Shown here: piece after piece, positions 35,625 to 44,424 of the stretch
Numbering within the stretch: the first letter of the stretch is position 1
How the letters are laid out: every line of letters begins with the position of its first letter
NCBI GenBank assembly: GCA_020057405.1
Contig: JAGVFW010000009.1
Span: 1 to 61,366, forward strand
Origin: an archaeon
Lineage (GTDB): Archaea > Micrarchaeota > Micrarchaeia > Norongarragalinales > UBA97
DNA: 61,366 bases
Direction of reading: 5' to 3'
Translations under genes and position numbers: made by a program
Notes under the pieces: generated by a model
Database searches by the model: none
What the model was told of the DNA's origin: nothing
Seen by the model: only the letters and a program-made list of their open reading frames with translations

Positions 35625-36467
35625 GTGAGAAATTCGGGCGCTTTGATTGCTCTCTTTGCGTTTGCATTTTTTGTTACTGGTTGCGTTTCCCAATCGCCTA
35701 TTGCTGATGAATCCGGGACCGCTTCACCCCCGGTTGCTGAAGCGACGATCACCGAACCTGCGACCCCGACGCCTTATGCAACTGCCAAGCCGACTGATTC
35801 CGCCGCAAGCGATGGTGGGGAACAAGCCGCAGAAATCGAGGAACCCTTGATTGAGCACATAGGCGTGGAAATTGGCGATTACGACCCATCAACTCGTTCG
35901 GCAGGGGATTTCGTATTCACCAGATCGCCCGTTTTCTTGGGAAAAATTTTCCACGATTACGGCGAGCTCCTCAACGCGACAGCGGACGGGAGTAAAACCA
36001 AACTCAACGTGCAACCCACATACCTCCTCCCCATGGGAACGAAGGTTCGGGCGCTTACAAGCGGCACGGTCGAGCGGATTGTAGAGCTTTACAGCGGCGA
36101 CTACTCGGTCATGATTATGAAAAGCCGGGATTCGCCGTGGCGGTACGAGCTCGAGCACGTGATTAACCCCGTTGTGAAGCCCGGCGACAAGGTTGTTGCC
36201 GGCCAAGTGGTGGCGGAAGTGAGCACTCACATGTCCCAATATAATTCGGGGTATGGCTTTGTTGAAATCGGGATACTCAAGGGCGGCAACCCCCCGATTC
36301 ACTATTGCCCTTACGCCTACCTCGACCCGAAAGTCAAGGGCAACCTGACCGCAAAAATATCGGCCTTGTACAAAGCATGGGAAGCGTACCGGGAAGACGA
36401 CAGCCTCTACGAGGAAAACGACTACGCTACACCCGGCTGCCTCACACTTGACCCACTTGAAGGCTAG
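35625..36467 (+). CDS. lipoprotein with M23-peptidase-like domain
   Basis: FVTGC lipobox, Pro/Thr linker, GTKVRALTSGTV, YELEHV..PVVKPGDKVVAGQVVA. Confidence 0.65.
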   Translation: MRNSGALIALFAFAFFVTGCVSQSPIADESGTASPPVAEATITEPATPTPYATAKPTDSAASDGGEQAAEIEEPLIEHIGVEIGDYDPSTRSAGDFVFTRSPVFLGKIFHDYGELLNATADGSKTKLNVQPTYLLPMGTKVRALTSGTVERIVELYSGDYSVMIMKSRDSPWRYELEHVINPVVKPGDKVVAGQVVAEVSTHMSQYNSGYGFVEIGILKGGNPPIHYCPYAYLDPKVKGNLTAKISALYKAWEAYREDDSLYEENDYATPGCLTLDPLEG

Positions 36468-36547
36468 TGTCTGTGAACTGACCTACGTGCAGGGAAAGCG
36501 ACGCTAGAAAGATACTGTGCACAGGGAGAGCAATTTGAACCCCGCAA

Positions 36548-37963
36548 TTAGTGCAGCTGGCTTTTCGCAATTTCGGCCGCCTTGCGCAGGAAAACATCCT
36601 CGCCTCCTGGCGGGAAGGAAGCGCCGGCCGCAATCTTGTGCCCGCCCCCAAGGCCGCCTGCAGCTTTGGCCGACTCGCGCATGAGCGCGTTCAAATCCGT
36701 GCCTGCTGCGACCAGAGTTTTGTTGGCCCGGCCGCTTGCCTTCACGTTTCCCTTCTCGTCAAGCGAGAAGCCAAGGATTGGTTTGGTGCGCTCGACAACG
36801 CCGGAGTTGAAGTAGCTGCCAATGACCGTGCCGATTATCGAGTCCTCGACCTTGCCTTTGGCGTCAAGGAAGTAAAACGCGCCTAAGTCGCTCGTGTTCT
36901 TTTTTGCAAATGAAATGCCCTTGCTAATCATGGTGCGGTGAAGCCGCAGCACGGTCTCAGCGCGCTCGAGTGCACCCGGCACGTTCATCGTCACGTCAAT
37001 GCCAACCTGCACTTGCTCGTGGCGGCCGCAGGCGTTTAGTAAAGTAGAGTACTCGTGCGCGTCGTAAAGAACGCTGTGCGGCGGGGCGTGAGGGAACTCG
37101 TAGACTTCGCCTGCAAGCTCGGCAACTGCCTCCTGCGCAACTCCCTTTGAAAGCAGGTGGAGGATAATGGCGCTTGCGAGCTTCTTTTGCACCTCGGCGG
37201 GAAGGTCGTTGTAGTGGAACCACTCGCCGTTTGGACCGCGGATGGGAATGCCGTTGTCGTCGAGGAACAAGGCGCACGCCTTTTCATCGCCAGTCAGGCC
37301 GGGCATGAAAGGCTCGCTTGCATAGCAGAGGAATCCGACTAGCGAGCGGGATACGCGACCGAAAAGCTTGAGGTCCTTCTTGATTTGCACAATGCCGGAA
37401 GCCGCGCCTCCCTCAACCAAAACGCGATTGAGCTCGATGAGTCCCGAAGAGTCCTGAATGTCTCCAACTGCGCCTACTATTGCAAGCTGCACCAAATCCT
37501 CGTTTCCGGCTTTGTGGCGGAAGCAATAGTACGCCGTGCTAGCAGCCGACGCGTCAGTGCCGCCCTCAAAGCCAAAGTCCATGCAGTTGGCCTGCAAGTA
37601 AAGCGGGGAGTCGATTTGCTTTTGGGGCACGTGGTGGTCGATGACAACCGTCATCACGCCCTTTGCAACAAAAACTTCCTCAAGCATTGCGTTCTGCCCG
37701 CTGCCGAGGTCGACAAAGACAATGCCGCCGTGGCCGCCTGTTGAAAGCAAGTCAAAAGCCCGTTTGAGGCCATCGTCGTCAATCTTCTTGAGCACCAGGC
37801 GGCCGAACTTTCGGCCCGCACGCGTGAGGGCATTTGCAACTAGCCCTCCTGACGAGAGGCCGTCGGCATCGTAATGGTGAACGAGCAGGGGATTGTCCAT
37901 GCTAAGGACAAAGTCGCCAACTTTCTTGGCTTGCTTGCAAAATGAGTCGTAGTCGCCTCGCAT
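36548..37963 (-). CDS. recJ: RecJ/Cdc45-like DHH phosphoesterase
   Basis: HYDADG, DLG, DHH, GAVGD, DHHA1 GGGHKIAAGA. Confidence 0.88.
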   Translation of the reverse strand: MRGDYDSFCKQAKKVGDFVLSMDNPLLVHHYDADGLSSGGLVANALTRAGRKFGRLVLKKIDDDGLKRAFDLLSTGGHGGIVFVDLGSGQNAMLEEVFVAKGVMTVVIDHHVPQKQIDSPLYLQANCMDFGFEGGTDASAASTAYYCFRHKAGNEDLVQLAIVGAVGDIQDSSGLIELNRVLVEGGAASGIVQIKKDLKLFGRVSRSLVGFLCYASEPFMPGLTGDEKACALFLDDNGIPIRGPNGEWFHYNDLPAEVQKKLASAIILHLLSKGVAQEAVAELAGEVYEFPHAPPHSVLYDAHEYSTLLNACGRHEQVQVGIDVTMNVPGALERAETVLRLHRTMISKGISFAKKNTSDLGAFYFLDAKGKVEDSIIGTVIGSYFNSGVVERTKPILGFSLDEKGNVKASGRANKTLVAAGTDLNALMRESAKAAGGLGGGHKIAAGASFPPGGEDVFLRKAAEIAKSQLH

Positions 37964-38019
37964 GGAAGAATTCTTGGCGGGCAACGGTTATTAATTTGGG
38001 GGAAGTGACTTTCCATAGT

Positions 38020-38289
38020 ATGCCACGCATTTCGCAAAACACGCGCCACAGGATTGCCGAGCAGGTGCTTGGACTATTGCTTGAGAAGTACCCCGTGCCG
38101 ATGACCACCCGCGAAGTGGCAAAGGAACTCATTAGGGACAAGGAGTTTACCAAGACGCTCCTTGAGATGCTTCGCGGCCACGGGCTTGTCAAGACTTTCG
38201 GCAAGCCGCAAGGCGTCGGCTACGCGCGGTGGCTCAAGTGGCAGCTGACTGATGAAGGAAAGAGAAAGATGGAGAGCGCGCAGGCCTAA
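38020..38289 (+). CDS. winged-helix DNA-binding protein
   Basis: PMTTREVAKELIRDKEFTK.LLEML..HGLV...WQLT..G. Confidence 0.75.
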   Translation: MPRISQNTRHRIAEQVLGLLLEKYPVPMTTREVAKELIRDKEFTKTLLEMLRGHGLVKTFGKPQGVGYARWLKWQLTDEGKRKMESAQA

Positions 38290-38720
38290 ACTTGGTACTC
38301 AAGGTCGATGTGCGTTTGCCCATACATTTCGTATGGCACGCTCACCTGCTTGAAGCCATTTCTTTCGTAGAAGCCAGCGGCGTCTACTTTGCTGCGGCAC
38401 CAAATTCGCTTTGGCTTCTTTGCAAGCGTTTCCGTAATCGCGTAGGTCAGGAGCTTCTCGCCGATTCCTTTTCTGCGGAAGTTCTTTAGCGTCGCCATCC
38501 GCTCAATTTTGAACTCGCGACCGGGCAGCGGGTTGACCCGCAATGTCGACACTACAGTTTTGCCGTCGACTGCAATGTAGGAGACGGCCGTCTTGTCTTC
38601 CTCGTCGGGCTCCCAGCCTGGGGCGAAGCCTTGCTCGACGATAAAGACGCTTGCGCGGACGCGCACTGCGTCGATGAACTCGGAGAGTGACTCTGCTTTC
38701 TTGAGTACGAGGCGGCCCAT
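38286..38720 (-). CDS. GNAT acetyltransferase (ElaA/YjcF-like)
   Basis: VRASVFIVEQG, ERMAT..FRRKGIG, AGFYERNGF. Confidence 0.9.
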   Translation of the reverse strand: MGRLVLKKAESLSEFIDAVRVRASVFIVEQGFAPGWEPDEEDKTAVSYIAVDGKTVVSTLRVNPLPGREFKIERMATLKNFRRKGIGEKLLTYAITETLAKKPKRIWCRSKVDAAGFYERNGFKQVSVPYEMYGQTHIDLEYQV

Positions 38721-38779
38721 GGAAAAAGGAATGGCTGGGAAATTATTAAGCCTGACGGAAACGGTAGTTTCAGGAAAGT

Positions 38780-38814
38780 GAAAAAAGAGAAAGAGGAGGC
38801 GGCCAAAAGGCCGC
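38780..38814 (-). terminator. GC hairpin followed by pyrimidine/U tract
   Basis: Minus strand gcggcc-tttt-ggccgc then ctcctctttctcttttttc, downstream of the DUF4870 gene. Confidence 0.45.
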
Positions 38815-38889
38815 GTTTTGGTGAAGCTTTGCAAGGCCGAGAAGCGAGCCGCCAAAAGGGCGGGAGCCTCGCAGGCCGCAGCAAAGGTT

Positions 38890-39234
38890 CTAGCTGTACT
38901 TTTGCGCCCACTCGCCAACGATTGGAAGCATGTACTTCTCGCCGTTGAGGGCCTTGTACATCATGAAGAGCCATGAGACAAAGCCGATGATGCCGACGAC
39001 GACTGAAAGGACAGCACCGACGACGCTAATGAGCAGTGCAAAGTTGAGCACGAAGAGGCCTAGGAACCAAATCGTGCTTTGCGCGGCGTGGAACTTGACA
39101 TAGCGGTCGTTGCCTGCAAGCAGGTAGAGGATGATGCCAGAAATGAAGCCGAATAGATAGCTTACTGCGCCAAGAATGTTTGAATTGCTCGTCTTGCTTG
39201 AAGAACCTGTCGACTTGCTCACTGATTTTGCCAT
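38890..39234 (-). CDS. DUF4870 membrane protein
   Basis: GAVSYLFGFISG...YVKFHAAQS...MYKALNGEKYMLPIVG. Confidence 0.85.
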   Translation of the reverse strand: MAKSVSKSTGSSSKTSNSNILGAVSYLFGFISGIILYLLAGNDRYVKFHAAQSTIWFLGLFVLNFALLISVVGAVLSVVVGIIGFVSWLFMMYKALNGEKYMLPIVGEWAQKYS

Positions 39235-39291
39235 TTCAAAAGCACCTCTATAATTGATTTTAGTTGATGTAACCGCCCGCGGTTTTTAAGG

Positions 39292-39747
39292 CTAATGCTT
39301 GAGCCAAAAGCCGCTTTTTAGGCGGGCGACCACGCCGCCGATGCCCGAAAAGACCCCACCAAGCGCACTTGAGACTCCAAGGGAGAAAACTAGAGCGTCA
39401 AGGCCGAAGAAGGGGCCGCCGGAAACGAAGTAGGCAACAAAACCAAGCGCCGCGGCGGCAAACGAAAAGATTGCGCCAGCGACTATTGCCGTAAACGCGG
39501 TGCCATTGGCGCGGACAACCACGTCAAAGCCAAGCCACGCGAGGACTGCAAAGGATGCGAAGAGGAGGGCGTAGCTTGCTGGCTCAAGGACGCTGTTGTC
39601 GCCACCGGTAAGGGCCCAACGCGCGAGCATCTGCTGAAGGACGTCGATTGCGAGGAGGATTGCCGCCTGCCTCCAAAGTAGGCCTAGGTCGCGGCTGCCG
39701 AATTTCGCTATGCGTTCTGAAAGGGCCGACTTGGAAAGAAGGGTCAT
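39292..39747 (-). CDS. hypothetical membrane protein (4 TM)
   Basis: Hydrophobic 151-aa ORF. Confidence 0.65.
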   Translation of the reverse strand: MTLLSKSALSERIAKFGSRDLGLLWRQAAILLAIDVLQQMLARWALTGGDNSVLEPASYALLFASFAVLAWLGFDVVVRANGTAFTAIVAGAIFSFAAAALGFVAYFVSGGPFFGLDALVFSLGVSSALGGVFSGIGGVVARLKSGFWLKH

Positions 39748-39771
39748 TAGTGGAAAAGAGCGGGGTTGAAT

Positions 39772-41103
39772 TTAAATTGCGTGCGTCTCGCCGAGTTCGG
39801 GCACTATTGCCTCGACGCGGTTGCCGCGGGTGGAGCACTGGCGGGAAATGTCGATAGCCAGCTCGTCGCTGCTTGCGCCCTCGCCGTGCACTACGAAGAC
39901 TTTTTTCAGTCCGCGGATGGTTTTTGCAAACTGGAGGAGCTCATCGTGGTCGCTGTGTGCGGAAAATGGCGCCTGCATTACTGACATGTTGACTTGCACT
40001 TGCCTGCCTCCGACTTCGACTTCTTTTGCGCCGTCCAACATTTGCCTGCCGCGGCTGCCTTCTGGCTGGTAGCCCACGAGAATCATCGCGTTTTTTGGGT
40101 CGGGACCGAGCTTCTCGAGGTAAGTCATCACCGGCCCACCCGTCAGCATGCCGCTGGTTGCGATGATGACGCACGGGCCGCCTTCTGTCACGTCGCTTCG
40201 GTCCTTCGTCTTGGGAGTACGGTAGTGCAGGCTCTTGAACGGGTCGTCGTCGCTGGTTAGGATGCGGCGCTTTATCTCGTCTTTTAGGTAAATCGCGTTG
40301 TGGCGGTAGATGCGGAGAGCCTTTGTCACCATGCCGTCAAGGTAGATTGGGACTTCGGGGAGCGCCTTTGAGCGCATGAAGCTCTCGATGGTGAAGAGGA
40401 TTTCTTGCCCGCGGCCGATTGCGAAGGACGGGACGATGACTTTGCCTCCGCCTTCGAGCGTCTTTTTCACTTCGGCGATAAAGTCGGTCACGGTCTTCTT
40501 CGACGACTGGTGGCGCTTTTCTTTTGCTCCGTAAGTGCTTTCGATGATGAGCGTGTCGGCTTCCATGCCGGTCTTGCTGCCTGCAAGCAGGCGCGTCTCG
40601 CGCATGTTGAGGTCTCCGGTGTAGAGCACGCGGTGGCCGGCGGTGTTCACGCGCACAATCGCGCTTCCGAGGATGTGGCCGCTTTCGAAAAACGAGATGC
40701 CCGTTTTCTTCTCTGCCGTGCTGTCCTCAAACTCGAGGATTTCGGTGTTCTTGAGCAGTTTTAGCACGTGCTCTTGGGTGAACTGCGCGTTGCCGCGCTC
40801 TTTTGCCAGGCGCAGGTAGTCGCCGTAAAGGAGTTGGATGATGTCGCGGGTGGGCTTGGTGAGAAACGTCTTTCCGCGGTAGCCCTTTGAATAGAGTGCC
40901 GGGGCGTAGCCCGTGTGGTCGAGGTGCGCATGCGAGAGTATGACTTTGTTGAGCGTGCGGATTTGCTTTTGTTCAAGGAGCGGGTATTCCTCGGTCGCGC
41001 CGAACTTCACTCCGCAGTCTAGAAGCACATTCTCGTCGCCGTTAAGGAGAAAGCAGCTACGGCCGACTTCGCGCACTCCGCCAAGGAAAGTGATTTGAGT
41101 CAT
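39772..41103 (-). CDS. beta-CASP metallo-beta-lactamase ribonuclease (aCPSF2-like, no KH domain)
   Basis: FLGG..EVGRS, HAHLDH, GHILG, YTGD, ESTYG, FSAHSD, VHGE. Confidence 0.9.
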   Translation of the reverse strand: MTQITFLGGVREVGRSCFLLNGDENVLLDCGVKFGATEEYPLLEQKQIRTLNKVILSHAHLDHTGYAPALYSKGYRGKTFLTKPTRDIIQLLYGDYLRLAKERGNAQFTQEHVLKLLKNTEILEFEDSTAEKKTGISFFESGHILGSAIVRVNTAGHRVLYTGDLNMRETRLLAGSKTGMEADTLIIESTYGAKEKRHQSSKKTVTDFIAEVKKTLEGGGKVIVPSFAIGRGQEILFTIESFMRSKALPEVPIYLDGMVTKALRIYRHNAIYLKDEIKRRILTSDDDPFKSLHYRTPKTKDRSDVTEGGPCVIIATSGMLTGGPVMTYLEKLGPDPKNAMILVGYQPEGSRGRQMLDGAKEVEVGGRQVQVNMSVMQAPFSAHSDHDELLQFAKTIRGLKKVFVVHGEGASSDELAIDISRQCSTRGNRVEAIVPELGETHAI

Positions 41104-41290
41104 AGGACATGATTTGCGCACCACTAGGCAATAAAAGAGTAGGGAGGACGTTAGGCCGGGGGGGCATTTGGAGGAGGCTTTGCCGCAGCCCAGTAACTGG
41201 ACTGCCGGTTTTCGCAAAAATCACCCTAAACTCCCCGCGCCTTGCCTTTTCGGCGCCTTTTTAGGCGGGCTTGCGCCTAATTACTAGCGG

Positions 41291-41911
41291 GTGAAATGTA
41301 TCGGCCCTGACGAGCCGGCTCTCTGGAAGGCGAGGGCGGGCTTTTACAAGAAAATAATCGAGCGCTACGGACAAGCGATTGACGAAGGCGAGCGCAAGAC
41401 AATTCCGGACTTAAAGGCCCTAGTCGACGCCAAGGACGCCAGCGTGCTTGCAGTCAAGGCAAAGGCCCTCGAGTCGGCCGGCCTTGCGGAAGGCTACTCT
41501 TTCGAGCGCGACTTTTTGGCTTACGCCGAGGCGGCCTTTAGTTATGTAAGGTCGCTTTCGAGGATTGACAGTGAAATCGAGCCGAGCTTCTGGTTACGGC
41601 CTGCCGAAATCGTCGAGCTTGGCGCGGCAGACGCTTTTGACCGGGCAATCTTTCTGTGCTCCCTGCTCACGGCAGGGGACTGCGAGACGGCACGGGTCCT
41701 CGTCCTTGAGCTTGAGGGCGGGGCGCGCCACCCCGTCGTCGTCTTCTACTACTTAGAGCGCCAGCACTTCCTTGACCCGAGTCAGGAAGCGGCCTTCTCG
41801 ACCTACACTGGGCTCCTTGAGGAAGTGTTCCGCCACTACACTTACGAAGGCAAGCGGGTGCTCAAGTCTGCATTTGAGTTCAACGCAACTGACTACAACG
41901 AATTCGAATAA
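41291..41911 (+). CDS. transglutaminase-like fold protein lacking the canonical Cys
   Basis: FW..PAEI...GAADAFDRAIFLCSLL...RHPVV...LDPS. Confidence 0.55.
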   Translation: MKCIGPDEPALWKARAGFYKKIIERYGQAIDEGERKTIPDLKALVDAKDASVLAVKAKALESAGLAEGYSFERDFLAYAEAAFSYVRSLSRIDSEIEPSFWLRPAEIVELGAADAFDRAIFLCSLLTAGDCETARVLVLELEGGARHPVVVFYYLERQHFLDPSQEAAFSTYTGLLEEVFRHYTYEGKRVLKSAFEFNATDYNEFE

Positions 41912-42025
41912 CACGGCTAGAAAACCCCCAAGCGAGCAAATATATTCCCCCGCACCCTCATTTTGCCTAGTGCGGCTTTTTCACGGCTCATTTTCCGTAA
42001 CGCAGGATTTCTGGAAGGATATCCT

Positions 42026-43228
42026 ATGAAAGTGGCGATGTTGGGTTGGGAGTTGCCTCCCTTTGTTAGCGGCGGCCTTGGGGTTCACTGTTATTACTTG
42101 ACGCGCGAGCTTGCGGCACTGGGGGCAGAGATTGATTTTTACATGCCAAAGACGCGCCTGCCGGTCCGCGTGCCGTGGATGAACGTAATCGAGGTAGTGC
42201 CTCCGGCAAGCGAGTTGACCCGCACTGTGCTTGCGACAATCGGGCCCTACTCGACGTCGGTTTCAGTAACCGGCGGGACTAGCGCCACCGGTCAGCTGAC
42301 CGGACCGCCTTCGGGGTTCTTCGAGTCAGTCGCTTTCTACAACGAGTTTGCAGCCGGCCTCGTCGCAGCCAACCACAAGCGTCGGCACTACAACCTGATT
42401 CACGGCCACGATTGGCTTACTGCTCGGGCCGCGGGTGGCGGAAAGCGGGAGACTGGCTTGCCATTGGTCGAGACGATGCACAGCACCGAGTTTGACAGGA
42501 CCGGCAACGTCGGCCCGTGGGAGTGGATAGTTGGCTTTGAGCGCGAGGCAGTCTTGCAGGCCGACAGGGTGATTGCGGTCAGCGGCATGCTTCGCGACAT
42601 TCTCGTAAACAAGCTGGACTGTCCTGCAGGCAAGGTGCGGGTGGTGCACAACGGAGTTGACTCGGGCAGGTTCTGGCCAAGGAATGGCGGGCGGCTTGGC
42701 CCTAAGGTAGTGCTTTTCCATGGCAGGCTTAGCGTGCAAAAGGGGCCAGAGTTTTTCCTTCGGGCGGCTAAGCTCGTGCTTGAGGTCGAGCCCGACGCGC
42801 TTTTCGTGGTGAGCGGCAAGGGTGAGCTTCTAGAGCGCCTCGTGCACCTTAGCATTGACTTGGGCATTTCGGACAGGGTGCTTTTCGCCGGCTACGTGCC
42901 TGACGAGCTTTTGCAGGAGGCTTACGCGAGTGCGAGTGTCTATGTCATGCCAAGCGTGAGCGAACCTTTTGGCATCACCGCCCTTGAGGCAATGGCAAGC
43001 GGGGTGCCCTGCATTGTCTCAAAAACCAGCGGGGTGACTGAAGTTGCGCGCCACTGCATGCGGGTTGACTTTTGGGACACTGTTGCGATGGCCGATAGGA
43101 TTGTGGGCGTACTTCGCCACGAGCCATTGCGCCGCATGATGTCTGAAAACGCGGTTGTCGAAGCGTCGGCGGTCACGTGGAGAAAGGCTGCCGAGCAGAC
43201 GATGAGGGTTTACGGGGAAATTGCATGA
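42026..43228 (+). CDS. GT4 glycosyltransferase (glycogen synthase-like)
   Basis: WELPP..SGGLG, HGHDW, HSTE, QKGP, SEPFGITALEA. Confidence 0.9.
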   Translation: MKVAMLGWELPPFVSGGLGVHCYYLTRELAALGAEIDFYMPKTRLPVRVPWMNVIEVVPPASELTRTVLATIGPYSTSVSVTGGTSATGQLTGPPSGFFESVAFYNEFAAGLVAANHKRRHYNLIHGHDWLTARAAGGGKRETGLPLVETMHSTEFDRTGNVGPWEWIVGFEREAVLQADRVIAVSGMLRDILVNKLDCPAGKVRVVHNGVDSGRFWPRNGGRLGPKVVLFHGRLSVQKGPEFFLRAAKLVLEVEPDALFVVSGKGELLERLVHLSIDLGISDRVLFAGYVPDELLQEAYASASVYVMPSVSEPFGITALEAMASGVPCIVSKTSGVTEVARHCMRVDFWDTVAMADRIVGVLRHEPLRRMMSENAVVEASAVTWRKAAEQTMRVYGEIA

Positions 43229-44424
43229 CAGCGGGGATTTGCCTTTACTTTCACGTGCACCAGCCGATGAGGCTCAAGCGGCACTCGGTTTTTGCACCGC
43301 CTAACGGCGGGAGCTTCGAGGATGAGATTTTTGACGCTCGCCTCTCGCGCGAGTACTTCGAGCGCGCGGCGGCCAAATGCTACCTGCCGACAAACGCGGC
43401 GCTCCTTGAGCTGATTGGCGAGACAGGACTCAAGGTGAGCTTCAGCGTTTCTGGCGTTTTTCTCGAGCAGGCAATGCGTTGGCAACCCGCGGTTGTCGAG
43501 AGTTTTAGGAAACTCGCGCAGACAGGCAACGTCGAGTTCGTCAACGAGACTTACTACCATTCTCTATCGTCGCTTTGGTGGGACAAGCGCGAGTTTCGGG
43601 AGCAGGTGCTCATGCACAGGAATGCGGTTGAATCGCTTTGCGGGAACGCGCCAACGGCATTTAGGAACACGGAATTGCTTTACTCTGATGACATTGCGGC
43701 CGAGGCGGGCCGGCTTGGGCTTGGCACCGTGCTTGCCGAAGGCGCCGACAGGGTGTTGGCCGGCCGCTCGCCCAACTTTGTTTACTCCGCTGCTGGGACT
43801 AATGGCAAGGTGAAAGTGCTTTTGCGGAACTACAGGCTTAGCGACGACCTGGGTTTCCGATTCGGCGCAAGGGGATGGCCAGAGTGGCCCCTGACTGCAG
43901 ACAAGTATGCCGACTGGATTGCGGCTAGTGGCGGGGACACGGTGAACCTCTTTCTTGACTTTGAAACTTTTGGCGAGCACCACTGGGCAGAGAGCGGAAT
44001 ATTCGATTTCCTGCGCAGGTTCCCGAAAGCCGCGGGCGAGCGCGGGCTGGTCTTTCGAACTATTTCTGAAACGGCCCGCGACTGTCCGTCCGCCGGGGAG
44101 TTGTCGGTACCGTCGGTTGTATCTTGGGCCGATGCCGAGCGTGACGCTAGCACGTGGCTCGGTAACCGCATCCAACAACACGCGTTTAGCGAGCTCATGA
44201 AAGCGCGGCCTGAGGCCGACGGCCCCGCGCTTGCTGCGCACCGGATGCTGCAGACGAGCGACCACTTCATGTACATGAGCACCAAGGGGATGGGAGACGG
44301 CGAGGTGCACAAGCACTTCTCGCCATACAAGGACTGGGGTCCTTACGAGAATTACATTAATTTCATGAACTCGCTTTCGTCGTTTAGGCGAAAAGCGGTA
44401 GGCAAGGAGGTGTTGGTGAGATGA
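43225..44424 (+). CDS. GH57 alpha-amylase-family glycoside hydrolase
   Basis: HVHQP, ETYYHS, FRNTE (nucleophile), DFETFGEH (acid/base), LQTSDH. Confidence 0.92.
   Translation: MTAGICLYFHVHQPMRLKRHSVFAPPNGGSFEDEIFDARLSREYFERAAAKCYLPTNAALLELIGETGLKVSFSVSGVFLEQAMRWQPAVVESFRKLAQTGNVEFVNETYYHSLSSLWWDKREFREQVLMHRNAVESLCGNAPTAFRNTELLYSDDIAAEAGRLGLGTVLAEGADRVLAGRSPNFVYSAAGTNGKVKVLLRNYRLSDDLGFRFGARGWPEWPLTADKYADWIAASGGDTVNLFLDFETFGEHHWAESGIFDFLRRFPKAAGERGLVFRTISETARDCPSAGELSVPSVVSWADAERDASTWLGNRIQQHAFSELMKARPEADGPALAAHRMLQTSDHFMYMSTKGMGDGEVHKHFSPYKDWGPYENYINFMNSLSSFRRKAVGKEVLVR

Noticed and set aside
41104-41290. Possible SRP or RNase P RNA in a GC-rich intergenic gap
   Set aside because: Too short, and no conserved SRP helix 8 or RNase P P4 motif was seen.
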